64,000 bases of DNA from Trichoplax adhaerens (lineage: Eukaryota > Animalia > Placozoa). How positions within the stretch are numbered: the first letter of the stretch is position 1; each line of letters begins with the position of its first letter. The notes under the pieces were generated by a model. It saw only the letters and a list, made by a program, of their open reading frames with translations, was not told where the DNA came from and searched no databases. Of this stretch, positions 29,201-42,699 are shown in pieces. The stretch is from the NCBI RefSeq assembly GCF_000150275.1, contig NW_002060944.1, positions 4,468,123 through 4,532,122 on the forward strand, given 5' to 3'. The position numbers and the translations under genes are program-made.

Positions 29201-31005
29201 CCAATTCCATTTCCTAGAATGTCGTTTGCCGATGCAGTTACAAAGGTTCCATGTGTTAAATAACTTTTAACTGAGTATCCTTTAAACTCGATACTGCAGA
29301 GAAAATTAATATTAATTTTTGTGTTATAACTATAGTATGGCTCCGATAAGCCGGACGTAAGATTTGATATGAAGGTTCGCAAAAAAAAATTATTTTGTTA
29401 TTAAAATGATGCTGTTGTAAATTTTTACTATAAAAATGTATAAAATTTCAACTTAGATCCACGATATTACCGAAGCAGTTGGTTATTTATTTGATGTTGA
29501 CTCTAGTAGTAAGGCAACTGTTAAAGCGTCGATGATAGTTATACCTGGTGGTGAGGTACAGTATCTATAGAATTTGTACATTATGGAGATAATATGCACA
29601 ACTAAGAAAAATATCTATGACGTTGTATTCGCTAACAGTATGCCTACATGATTTCTTTTAGAACCATTTCAAGAACAAGGAGTTAAACCAAATTCATGAT
29701 TTCGTTGACAAAAATGACACAGGGGTAGGCAAATATTAGATTTTTCGTTTGGCGATGGAGTAAGATATAGACTAACGCTGTCATTCTAACATCCTAAATT
29801 TAGAAAATTACTATGTTGCGTATACGGGAAGATGGTAGTTGGAAAGGTAATATCTCATCTGATTTCCAACTCAAGTTGAAGTCCCAGTTACAAAATGAAA
29901 AAGCAATCAAACCTGGAGATTTGGTTATTTTATCTGCTGGAGTAAACTATAAACCTGTAAGCATATCAATATAAGTAATACGATTTTATCTATTACTTTT
30001 TAATATCTTTTCTCGTTAGAATCTTTTGTTAGGTAAGCTGCGTTTGTTTTGTGCTGATTTATTGGAAGCAAAAGGTTAGACTTTTGATCTAAAAACAACT
30101 TTTTCAGTTTTCTGTTTCTACTTTTTAAAATTTTTAATCGATCTTTTTACTATTATAAGGCATCCAACTCCGGGATCCCAACGAATTTAAATTTTTATGG
30201 GTTGAAGATTTTCCACTTTTTACACTTAATGATGAATCAGGTCTACATAAAATTTTCTCTCGCAGAACTAGTAGCTACGCGTTTGCTGATATAGCGTATT
30301 AATGCTTTCAGACTCTATGATTGAATCCACACATCACCCCTTTACCGCACCAGTAGCAGAGGACGTCAATATTCTGTTTACCGATCCCTTAAAGGTTAGT
30401 TCTGCTATTTACCTATGCACTCATAATGTAATTTTAATAGCCAGTCTATCAGTATTAGATACAAAATAGCACATTTTGCAAACAGTTTTGATGTACATAA
30501 TTATTGTGCTGCTTTAGGTACTGGGACAACATTATGATCTCGTGCTTAATGGTAATGAAGTTGGCGGAGGATCTATTCGAGTTCACGATTTCAATCTGCA
30601 AACTCAAATTTTTGAAAAGATATTAAAGGTTTGTAGAAAATTTTCTTAAAGCATATCGATGCTCCTTGTAACGATCCGTATTTTTCTTATAGGTCAATGC
30701 CTCTCAATTTAAACACCTGTTAAAGGGCCTTAAATCCGGATGTCCACCCCATGGAGGAATAGCATTAGGTTAGCTATTAAAATTACTCGGTTGAATCATA
30801 CAGTAAATGTCTGAACAACGGAACGTTTTTATTAGGGTTTGATCGTTTTATGGCTGTTCTGTGCAACTCAAGCAGTCTACGGGATGTAATTGCGTTTCCT
30901 AAATCTGCATCTGGTAAAGATTTATTGACTGAGGCTCCATCTACTGTTAGCAATGAATATCTCTCAGAATATCATATCCGTAGTCTTTCGCTAAAAACAG
31001 ACTAA
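26233..31005 (+). CDS. DARS2: Aspartate--tRNA ligase, mitochondrial (many short exons)
   Basis: Presequence [12 protein letters not shown]..., then [108 protein letters not shown] and DVIAFPK. Confidence 0.96.
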
Positions 31006-32213
31006 TGTAAGAAATCTGCAATGTCAATGATTTTACAAAATCTTCGTGATACCTAATATGACATGGTATCCTCTTTCGCAAGTTCGCTGGCCGCAGTTTA
31101 TTGTATTCTTGAGGGCAATTATATTTTATTACCAGAATTGAACCGATGTTACTTGAATACTCAAGTTAAGTAGAGTTCAATTTTTACTAATTTCGCTTTA
31201 TTGCCTTAGTAATTATTTTTCTGAATTCATTAATAGAGGCACATTGTGTATGTGAAATATTTGGAATATGTACATTTTTATAACATGTTGATATGTGCTG
31301 ATGTGTATGCATACGTCTGCTATGTATTACGGAATACATAGTATAGAACGGTATCATACCACTTTGTTATAAGTTTGAATAACATAGTTTGTTCAAAAAT
31401 GCAGAATCGCCTCAAAATTGATTTGGCAATGCTTTAAAGATCAAAAATTTTACCTTGAGTAAATAGTATATTCTTTGCAGTTGCATTTAGTTGATATATT
31501 AGATGCAGTTAGCAACGGTTACGAATACTTTATTACGACGTCAATTATTCTATATAAGAGTTGGTTATAATTAATTTATATTTATTGTAATAATTTTTAT
31601 GGTGAAGGTATTTGACGTACGCTTGTTGTAATGCCGATTTCTGAGTGTATTTTATCTAATATTCAAGTATTTATGTACAGTATTTTAAAAGTCTTTGCAC
31701 GGTAGAACTTAGTATAGTAGCCTACATATTCAATGAAGATTACCTATTTTTTCATTGGTTGTTTATGAAACGAATGTGATAGATATTTAGTAGATAATTA
31801 TGGTAAACGCCCTGTATTAATACCCGCATTAATACGGATAATGGATTTGAGTTGTCTATTACATTGGTATCAGATTTTTATTTTCTTTTATACCTTGCAT
31901 CAATTATTTTTATGCTATTTACATCTGTATACCGATATCAAGTTAATAAGATAAACTTTAATTCAGGCGTATAATTTTTAGTCCTCGTAGTACTGTAAAT
32001 GATATAGCTTTGGCTTGTCAGCTATGTCTATCTGCTATGCTTTCACAAATTAAATGTAATTTCCTTAGTTTTATATTACAGTTTTAAAATAAAGTACAGT
32101 ACGCTATGGACAAACATTAAAACACAGCTTCTTTTTACAGCAACAACTGTCTATAAAAAAAATATACTTTGACAATAAATTAATATACGCGTAGAAGTGA
32201 TTAAGATTTAGGA

Positions 32214-34480
32214 TCAAACGTTAGAATTTACATTTGCGCTTTGCATTCCCTTATTTAATAATGCACCCCAATCACGTACTTTAAAACGACATAGAAAATT
32301 GAAAACATTAGCAAGCATTCCTTCATCAAAGGGGTTCTGATCCTCTTGTAAATGTTTTAAGTATGTGATGCGAGAATGCGAGACAAATTCCCAAGTAGTT
32401 TTACCGGAGAAAATGAGAACGGTATGACAACATAATAAACTAGCGGAGATAATCATAAAAAAGACTAAGACTACTAAGGCAAAAATGTTGATAATATGAG
32501 ATCCAAAAGTTGAACTTAAATTGCCTTTCCACATGATAGATGTCCTATACAGTAGTATAAAAAATTTAAACGTTATTATTTATCTTTAACATCAAGTTAT
32601 ATATCACAGTACTTTATAAGAAACTATGGGGCAACATTAGAAAGCGTCGTTGATTGAAAGTTACAGCGTTTGCAACAGACCATTCCAATGCACGCAGAAT
32701 AGGTTATAAGGTCTACGATTTATTAATATATTGTTATTATTTACTTACCAAGTAATTCGAATTGTCCAAATAATTAACGTTGATTCGACTAATAAGAACG
32801 CCCAAAAGAATCGATGATTACGTTCTCCAATACAGTTAGCTACCCAAGGGCAATGATGATCCCAACGGCGAATACATCTTTTACAATCAGCACAGTGCTT
32901 AGCACGGATAGGTTGTATAGTGCGGCAAAAACCACAACGGCGAGGGACTATAGGCTTTGAGATTTTATTCCGTGTCGTATGCTGTTGATCATTTGCTTTA
33001 TATTCTTCATTTTCAGAAGGTACTGGATCTTGTTGCGGCTGAGTAGTCAAACTGCTATCGATTAACTTGATTATGTCACAAAAAGTACCATAAGAATACT
33101 TTATTAGAGGAAGGATGATGTTAAACTAGAACAGTATCTATCGTATTGTACGTATATCATTAATTTTGTAACTACGAATGACTTTGTCTCTTAGCGGAAA
33201 GACTAAGTTTTACGTCGCAAGAGTCTACTACATGTTCTCTTCTCTGTTGTTAAACTATATCAGAAAAATTGCTAATTGTTGTCTTATAAACTTATTCAAT
33301 ATAGTTATTACAACACTGTTTATTGCTTAAAAATGAATTTCATAGGGCTAGAGATTATCGATAATAATTGATTATCTATTCCCTAACTAAAAGTATACTT
33401 GTATAGTATACTATAGAAAAGTACTTTAAGTACATTTTTTGAATAATGAAATCATTTCGATTTACAAGTGTAGTATAAACGTTCTTGATCAAAATTACAT
33501 TCTACTCTACAGAGTGCTTGATATTCGTATAACAATCCATCATATCCCTACTACAGCTGATGTCGATAAAAAGATCAAACGCTATGCAGCATGATGTAAA
33601 GGGAAAAAACAACTTACATTTTCTTCATCAGCATGCTGATTGTACGTCAAATTACAATTATCGTCTCCATCTTGAACATAACCAGGATCAATAAAAGACG
33701 TGATAAAGTAAAGAGCAAAAGAGACGCTTAGCAAGCCAAAATAAAAGCCAGTATATAAGACTGATGAAGTGTCCACCATTTTCATAGCGTTGCTCAGTTC
33801 TGTTTGCCATGATGTCAAAAGAATTCAAGAAATCAATTACTGCGTTGAGTAGGCTACGCTAGCATATTGTATTAACTATTTACGTAAACTATTTTCTAGT
33901 AAAGTAATTAGGTATCTATCACGACATTATATCATCACCACTAAGCAAGCAAGTTAGGATGATATTGACAATCGTCACGATTAGAATTGACTAGGATGAA
34001 AATATCCCGGTTACTCCTTTCAAGTTGTAAGCAGTACACTGGGTACAGTATCTACGTATCATCAATTTGAATTTCTTCATATTATTTATTTAACTTGTGC
34101 TCGACATATAACGTCGTTCTCGACCGATACTATTGATCCTCGTCATGTAACGCAATGATGATGGCTATTTTAAGTGCTATCATCAGGCAGTAACATTCTA
34201 ACATTCTTATTCATTACTTCTATCGCATTTCCAACGGTAACTCCAACTTGGGAGTAGCAAAACGAGCGTACTGTTTGCAGTACTTACAGCATAATGGATA
34301 GTTTACATATGTAGTCGATTCTTTATGACCAATCTTACCTGAATTTTTCAATGTAATAATAATCACGATCGCTGTAGTGATGGCGACATGGATTAATCTC
34401 ATAACCATGAAAGGCCAGTTAATGGCTGGACATAATTTCTTTTTCGAGCGGCCTAATTTCTTATACTTGACTTTGGCCAT
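32214..34480 (-). CDS. ZDHHC12: DHHC palmitoyltransferase, ZDHHC12-like (4 exons)
   Basis: [50 protein letters not shown] and NPFDEG. The N-terminal [15 protein letters not shown] and RITYL resemble the ZDHHC12 subfamily. Confidence 0.85.
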
Positions 34481-34499
34481 CTTGTCGTTTGGGAATGGA

Positions 34500-34622
34500 T
34501 GACGTCAAGATGACTTCGACAGCATTACCGGTACGGTAATGCTGTACTGTACGTCGAGGTCTTCCTGGTCTGGTCCGGTCCGGACCACTGTCTGATACAG
34601 TCCGGTACTGGTACCAGTACCG
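34500..34622. promoter_or_regulatory. ZDHHC12 proximal promoter with a CRE palindrome and three inverted repeats
   Basis: TGACGTCA (34500-34507); ACAGCATTACCG-gta-CGGTAATGCTGT (34519-34545); TGGTCCGG-t-CCGGACCA (34571-34587); perfect palindrome CGGTACTGGTACCAGTACCG (34603-34622). Confidence 0.65.
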
Positions 34623-34627
34623 AGGCT

Positions 34628-35532
34628 GAGGAGAAAGAAGAAACTTTAGTACAGTAGAGTTCTACTCGACGCTTAAGGGAAAACCTCGAAAAGATTATGT
34701 AAAGTCTTTGCAAGTTGAAAGGTTACGAGACTTGATGAGGAGAAAGAAGAACAGTAGTAGATCAGTATGGTTCTACTGAACACCTAAGAAGGGAAAACCT
34801 CCGAAAAGATTATGTAAAGTCTTTGCAAGTTGAAAGGTTACGAGACTTGATGAGGAGAAAGAAGAACAGTAGTAGATCAGTATGGTTCTACTGAAGACCT
34901 AAGAAGGGAAAACCTCGAAAAGATTACGTAAAGCCTTTGCAAGTTGAAAGGTTACGAGACTTGATGAGGAGAAAGAAGAACAGTAGTAGATCAGTATGGT
35001 TCTACTGAACACCTAAGAAGGGAAAACCTCCAAAAGATTACGTAAAGCCTTTGCAAGTTGAAAGGTTATGAGACTTGATGAGGAGAAAGAAGAACAGTAG
35101 TAGATCAGTATGGTTCTACTGAACACCTAATAACGGAAAACCTCCAAAAGATTACGTAAAGTCTTTGCAAGTTGAAAGGTTACGAGACTTGATGAGGAGA
35201 AAGAAGAACAGTAGTAGATCAGTATGGTTCTACTGAACACCTAAGAAGGGAAAACCTCCAAAAGATTACGTAAAGCCTTTGCAAGTTGAAAGGTTATGAG
35301 ACTTGATGAGGAGAAAGAAGAACAGTAGTAGATCAGTATGGTTCTACTGAACACCTAATAACGGAAAACCTCCAAAAGATTACGTAAAGCCTTTGCAAGT
35401 TGAAAGGTTACGAGACTTGATGAGGAGAAAGAAGGACTGTAGTAGATCAGTATGGTTCTACTGGACACCTAAGAAGGGAAACCTCGAAAAGATTACGTAA
35501 TGCCTTTGCAAGTTGAAAGGTTACGAGACTTA
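34628..35532. repeat. Tandem array D: 8 copies of a ~114 bp unit
   Basis: The anchor GAGGAGAAAGAAG recurs at 34628, 34737, 34852, 34966, 35080, 35194, 35308 and 35422. Confidence 0.97.
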
Positions 35533-36126
35533 ATAAGGCAGTTGATCGGTTTGCTGCAGCTAATTTTCAAGGTGAAAGTGGCTAAATGAGCTGTTGCCTG
35601 CCGATAGAGTACGGTAGACGTTTTGAGGGGCAGAGTAGAATGACCATAGGAAGGAGAAACCTGCAAATTTGGAGGGGGGAGCACTATACTGTACTGTACG
35701 CTTCTCTTCCTTAGTCGTTCCTACATTACTGTAGAGCTGTGCAAGGAGCTTAGAGGATTTATCCGCTACACCATTCATGCTATAAGAGGGCTATGGTGAC
35801 ATTAAGTTGCTGTGATCGTTGAATATTACTAGTGTACAGATCATAAATGACATAGTTATTGCTATAGCATGGTTGTAAGCATTGGAGAATACCAATGAGC
35901 ATGATAACAACACGATCATTGTACCGATCTCCCGAATCGAATCGGTAAGAGGAATTGGGTAGAATTACTCTATGAGGAGACTGAAATAAAAATCACTCAG
36001 TATTGCAATTAGATATTTTACATTTGATCGAGCTCAGAATTCATCCAATTGGATAATAGACGTCATTAGACTCATTACGGTATTGGACTTAGTATCAACT
36101 AGGTCCTATTTACGTCTGAATATACG

Positions 36127-36883
36127 TATAAAGAGATCAGCTATGCAAAATGAGCGCTCCGTCTACCTTGCAATGTGCCAAAGTAATACTGTAGTAATGG
36201 CCTTGTCAATGGGTAAACGCCATGCAAAATGAGCGCTCCGTCTACCTTGCAATGTGCCATAGTAATACAGTAGTAATGGCCTTGTCAATGGGTAAACGCC
36301 ATGCAAAATGAGCGCTCCGTCTACCTTGCAATGTGCCATAGTAATGCAGTAGTCATGGCCATCCTTGTCAGTGTATAAAGAAATCAGCTATGCAAAATGA
36401 GCGCTCCGTCTACCTTGCAATATGCCATAGTAATACAGTAGTAATGGCCTTGTCAGTGGGTAAACGCCATGCAAAATGAGCGCTCCGTCTACCTTAGAAG
36501 GTGCCATAGAAATGCAGTAGTAATGGCCATCATTATCCGTGGATAAACACTATGCAAAATGAGCGCTCCGTCTACCTTAAAAGGTGCCATAGAAATGCAG
36601 TAGTAATGGCCATCATTATCCGTGGATAAACACTATGCAAAATCAGCGCTCCGTCTAACTTAGAAGGTGCCATAGAAATGCAGTAGTAATGGCCATCATT
36701 ATCCGTGGATAAACACTATGCAAAATCAGCGCTCCGTCTACCTTGCTATGTGCCATAGTAATGCAGTAGTAGTGGCCATCCTTGTCAGTGGATAAACGCT
36801 ATGCAAAATCAGCGCTCCGTCTACCTTAGAATATGCCATAGAAATGCAGTAGTAATGGCCATCATTATCCTTGGATAAACACT
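36127..36883. repeat. Tandem array E: 9 copies of a 79-89 bp unit
   Basis: The anchor ATGCAAAAT(G/C)AGCGCTCCGTCTA recurs at 36143, 36222, 36301, 36390, 36469, 36552, 36635, 36718 and 36801. Confidence 0.97.
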
Positions 36884-37580
36884 AAGGTTGTTGCTAACAT
36901 CATACTGTAGTAACATGGATACTAGAACAAGATATTGAGCGTAGTAGATTCCATTGCGCTATCAATTTGCGGTTACAACTAGTATTATACTAGGACATGA
37001 ACTATGTTTTTGGTACTTGGCCAACGGTTGTAAATATCGGCATTCATGACCACGGCACCTGATTATAGCTTGCATCTTTCTGCTCTTCCTTGTCCTCTTG
37101 AGACCCGGTTTTGTTAAGGATTCCATCTTCCAGTCACAATGATCAAGACTTTCATGGTATAACGATAATTTGGGTCCTAGTGAGAAGAAGGAAACTAGTG
37201 AATAGATCACAATCAGTAGCGATTATCGTGATTATAGTAAAATAGAGTGCAAGGTGGATCGTGCTCGCTTGCAGTATTCTTAGTCATCCCATCCGAAAGG
37301 ACAAATCGAAAGCTCAACTTTATTCAAGCTAGCGTTAGTAAAGTGGTGTAGAACATCTTTATTTTAAGGCTGTTGCTACATCAAATTACGTCTTAAGACA
37401 GCCATCTCTTCTTGCATCGAGATTGACCGTTGGGTTGTTATTAGATAGCGCCTTTCACTTACTAGTAGAGGTGCTGCAAGTATCATTGATATCCAGCTTT
37501 TTCAGACTGTAGCAAGTCTTGTACCGTTAAATCCTCTATTCTACTAGACGTGTTTTAGTCCATCTTGGAAATTGATCTCA

Positions 37581-40500
37581 ATGGGTTTAACTGTTATTGG
37601 TGAAGACAGCGTTGAGAATTATTTATTCTCATTATTTGGTAAAGTTCCACTTGAAATTGGCCTATTAATTGGACAGGTAAATAGGCTCTTATCCAATACA
37701 AGTTCATTCATTTTTATTACAAATGAATGACACTAGACGCTGTTGCACTACACTTTTCGTTGTTGTATCAACTGCTGTATAGCAATCGGCTCTATACTTT
37801 CATTAAAGCTAAGAGTGATAATAGCATTCTCAAAGCTAACATATTGCATAGCATTAGTATTATTTTTCACTACTTTTATAGGCGTAATAGCCTTAATGGT
37901 AGTCGGATTGGATAATGTACATTTCACAGTATCATCGACAATATGGAACTGATTATATTTTACATACATTTTTATATTGCCCAACAGATTAAATATATCA
38001 TTTATTACTAGCCAATTGTAGATAAATAATGCATTGTTATTTATTCATAAAGTTTACTGTTTGTGTACCTATCGAGTAGTAGACTCTTACTTGAGCAGCC
38101 TTCCAAAATATTTTTATAAATCGTTAACTAATCTTCATCGTGCTATCTAATCTCAAATATACCTGTACTGTACGGAAATATTTATTCTCGATTTCTCTAC
38201 CTCTTAATCCCTGCTAACTTGTAGAATTTCGGTCAAAAAGCCTATATTGTTTCACCTATACGAACACCAGATCCTGAAGAACTAAGTGGTAAGATCTTAA
38301 AATGAAATCTAGGATAGGTTATCATGTTAATCATTATAAATCCATAGATCCAACACAATAGTATCGAGTTGGCATTGCTCTATTTTGTAATACACGTATC
38401 TTTGGCTTTGGCAAACGTGCTACTCCTACGATAGCTTGATACATCTTAAAAATTCTAGTAATTATCTAATTTTTCTATGTGGACTAAGAACAAGTTACTA
38501 CTGGTGCACTTGCCATAAATTGAGTATTAGTATGTCTATTATCAAATAGATTCTGTGTCATAATGAAAACTTGTATAATATTCCAATTTTGATGCATTAG
38601 CTTATACAACGTTATGTACATTCACGAAGATAACTATTCTTTTGATGCTAATGCATGAATGTAGATGAACAGAGTGAAGAGCCTAAAAAGGCACAGCCTA
38701 AATCATTAGATCAGTTTGACATCGGTTGGGTAGCCGAGCACGCTAGACAGGTAATACTGTTAGGGCATCAAGGATGAACATGACGTGCAATGATATATCT
38801 ACTTTAACAGCAATAATGACAGCACGATATTGTTAATCATTTCACTTTAAATATTTACTTAGGTAAATAGTTCGTTACCTGGAGGAATAAAGGTTGTAGG
38901 TATCTACGTTTTTGCGTCGCCCGATGTCATCCAGTCAGGTATAAATGGACGGTTAAAACAGATACTCAATGCGGCTTGGAAAGCTAACCGATTAGAGATG
39001 CAACACGCTACAAGTGTTGTCGACAATAAATCTTTATGTCCAGGAAATGGAATCCTTTTATATGTTTCTTCAAATACCAAAAAGTATCCTTGATTCTAAA
39101 ATTTGATCAGTAAACATACGATGTGTACCCATAAATGATAAAATTATATTATTTTATTGTAATATTATCGACTAAAGGTACTATAATCTAGGCGCATTTA
39201 TAATTTGTCAATTAGTAAGACTTTATTACTGTAATTATATCCACATAATTATTGTCTATGCAGAACTCCTAATCCAAAATAATTATAACCTCGAAAGTGA
39301 TATATTATCGACATTTAAAGCTTACAAATTTAATATAATTGCAAATGTTTGTTACCCCTGCAATCATATTTGTGCTTGAAGTTATCAAATTTAACAAATT
39401 TCTAGAATATCATGCAAGAGCTTCGACATTAATAATCCACATGTAAGTTTTGATATGAAAGCATTAATACTCTAGTTTGAAGGTAACTTAAATGACAATC
39501 CACCCATTTGAAGGAAACTTATAATAGACGTAATTAAATTTATCTATAAAACTCAAAGACATCCGCTCAGCCCACGGATTGGAAATGTCAAAATTTTATT
39601 GGGAGGTGTCATTATCTGCGTTGTGCTTTCCTAGCAGATGCATCAATTATGGTTCGATCGTCGAGTTCTGGCAATCTTAGTAACGAAATCATGGTTAGTT
39701 TTAGTTACTTATTTAAAAAAGAAATATTCGCATGTTATGTACGTATGATACTTAATCAATATTTATTTAATTATCTTTAGGTGAGTCTAACGAATGTTAA
39801 TAAGCAATTAACTGCTGCTCATGCAATGATAAACTCCGAATTAAGAGAGCCTAGTCAATTGCTTGTTGTAAGTGATTCTAAGAATTTACTTGTTAAATCT
39901 CAATCGGACTCTATAGTCGTTGACTATTGATAATTATTGTAATACTTTTATGCTTCTAAATATACATTTTATTCCCATATTATTTGGGAACTAGACCGGA
40001 AAAAATACAAACACCGCACAAACATTCACTGTTGATTTATACAACTCTTACAAGGTTCTTGCAATAATAACCTACTCAGACCATTCTATTTTTGTCTAAT
40101 ATAGCAAATTGAATGCTTATTATATCATTGTCTTCAATGTACTGTATTTTGACACAAACGTGATACCAAATAACTACTTGAAATTTAGAATATCGCCAAC
40201 GCAACAACGAAGCCCCAGGAAGCGGATTACAAATATGCTATTAATATAAATGGCGAAATGGACTGCTTTGCCTATGTACACAATAAAGCTACTGTTGCAG
40301 AAGCTATTCATGTAATTATTAAAAAATAGGCGGGATAACTCCATTACAATTATTAATATGATCTACCAATTAGTTACTAACAACTCATTCGAATTAAAAT
40401 CACTATCGCACGTTTTGAACTAGGCTATTAAAGTCGACATTATACGAAGTTTGCATGCACGAATTCGTTTACTATGTGAAGATGTTGAGCAAAATGAACC

Positions 40501-41235
40501 TAAGTTAAATGGTCAGTTTTGTGCCTAAAAATTAATAAATCTAAGTAAAATGGCGTTACAATTATGTTACTTGAAATTTTTAGAGCGTCGTTATCGCTGG
40601 TCAATTCCTAGACGCGTCAAGTATGAGCATCCGAAATTCAGATTAAAAATTTGCGATTATATGTTCAAAGATGAGGACGTCAAGGTGAAATAGACGTTTT
40701 GTATTCACAGTACTATACGTATATTAAGCAATATATAAATTTTATAATCTGTTTGCTGAAATTCTAGCTACCGTATTAAATCTGTCATTCCTCTGTATAC
40801 CCAATTTCTAATATTTAAATGACATAAAAAATTGACATAGTTATCGTTGGAAAGAATATCTGACTTGTATGGCTCTGAAATGCAAACTTGCAAAATGGAA
40901 TCTGCCGAAGAATTTCCTGGTGAGAAAATTTAATTTATTATCAGAATTTATTTAAATAATTACCATTTTATTTTTTATACAGATGAGCAATTAATAAAAA
41001 TACCAACTAAGCAAAGCGTTCAACCAGATGCTACCAACCCACCTCAGAAATCTGCAGATAACAGCGAAAGAGGTAATTGAATAATAATTATAGAATTGAT
41101 TCTACACATTCTATAATATTCAATGCTAATAATTATTTTTTAATTTCAGCTTCATCAATGCAACTCATAGTTGCGATACTGATTGGCATAATTGCTATAA
41201 TTATTTTTGCATGGTTTGGATATAATTTGAAGTGA
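37581..41235 (+). CDS. ODR4: Odorant response abnormal 4 homolog (tail-anchored ER protein, multi-exon)
   Basis: MGLTVIGEDSVENYL...GLLIGQ, RTP, WVAEHARQVNSSLPGGIKVVGIYVF, TKKISCKSFD, AQPTDWK, AIKVDIIRSLHARIRLLCED, IPRRV, ICDYMFKDE and a C-terminal TM helix. Confidence 0.9.
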
Positions 41236-42699
41236 TTAATGCGAAAAATTCGTCACTACTATTTGTATGAGAAAATGCTACTGGAAGCAAAATATTTACC
41301 AGGTCCTTAAATGCTATGTAAATTGCAGGAGATATGCTAATTCGTGTTACCGAATTTATTGTTGCCTTGGAACTGTGCAGCATCTTATTCTTTGACGCGT
41401 ATTGGCGCAAAGTAAATTAAGGATAGCATTATTAAACCAGCTCTTACTATCATAAATACATACACGGAATACGAGTATTCTGAAAACGTTATAAATTTCT
41501 ATTTAGAGTATATGCGGCCTTCGCATCGTTAAAAACAATTGAATTACTCATTATGTAATCGTATAGTACAAAGTCATTGAGTGTTAGCTATAATTTGGAA
41601 ATCTATTCAATTTTTCTTAACTGTTAATTCTGCAATCATCTAATGCATGTTACGGTCTTGAAGATACATATTTACAGTAACATGAAATAAAAAGTTTTGA
41701 TTTATCATTTCACTATCGCCTAAGAATTAAACTTCAGAAGTATATTACAAAATAGGTTCTTGCTAATAAAAAGTTCATGGGATATACTCGTATTGATCTA
41801 TCTCTTATTCATGCCGTTATGTCAATAGAATAGTAAAAAACGTGCTCTCCCATTAAAGGGGGTAGTTAATAAAAGACGTGTATTATGGTCAAATTTTGAT
41901 TTCTTCATGTTTAAGAGTTTTACTCTAAAAATTTTGACGATAGGAATACGCTAATATGAATTGCAGTACTGCACATTAATAAATATAGCCTATAAACATC
42001 AAGTTGTCCAATAAATACACGCATTACTTAGAGACACATTCATCCGTATCAAATATTTACAGATAAGAAATAGTACATGTAGAATGTTTTATTTTAAATG
42101 AAAAACTACCTATATATAATTATAATAGTCCATACAGAATAAGAAGTGTTTTAGATATAATGAATTCGACTCAGTAAGTGGTAGATCATTCATTCATTCA
42201 ACTATTAATATCAATTGAAATTGAGCGTTCGTTTCCAATGCTAGTTTCGAATACAATGAAATGGTTTACCGTAATATCCAATAACGTCAAACAAATACGA
42301 ATACAGTATAACGGTCAGGAGCAGATCGACCACTATCGCAATTTTTGGTTATCGCATCCTTTCTATTTGCGTACTTTAATATTATATACTTTTGAAACTC
42401 AATGTACTTAGTATTAAGATATATAACATTAAAATCTTGCATTATACTCAACTGTAATTCCTTTGATATCTCTATTTAAAAATTTACGAATCAATTTCCA
42501 CACCATATACAAATGAGTTCATTACCTAGACAATTATAAAATCTTAACGAGTATTCTGTGGTTTTGGAAGTCAATTCTTATAAGACAGGGCATACATTGC
42601 AAGGAAAGAAATAATACTGTAAAATTTATATTACATACTATCTCTAAAAATACTTGTGTTTTCGTAACAAGCTACTACAAGTATGAATCGAGGTCCTCA

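Noticed and set aside
29274-29284. Other GTATCCTT words (also 60127-60134 on the minus strand) as U12 donors
   Set aside because: They lie inside introns whose reading-frame-preserving donors are elsewhere.
34732-34782. TGATGA...CTGA in each array D unit as a tandem snoRNA cluster
   Set aside because: It spans only ~45-50 nt, with an imperfect C box, no closing stem and no recognisable guide.
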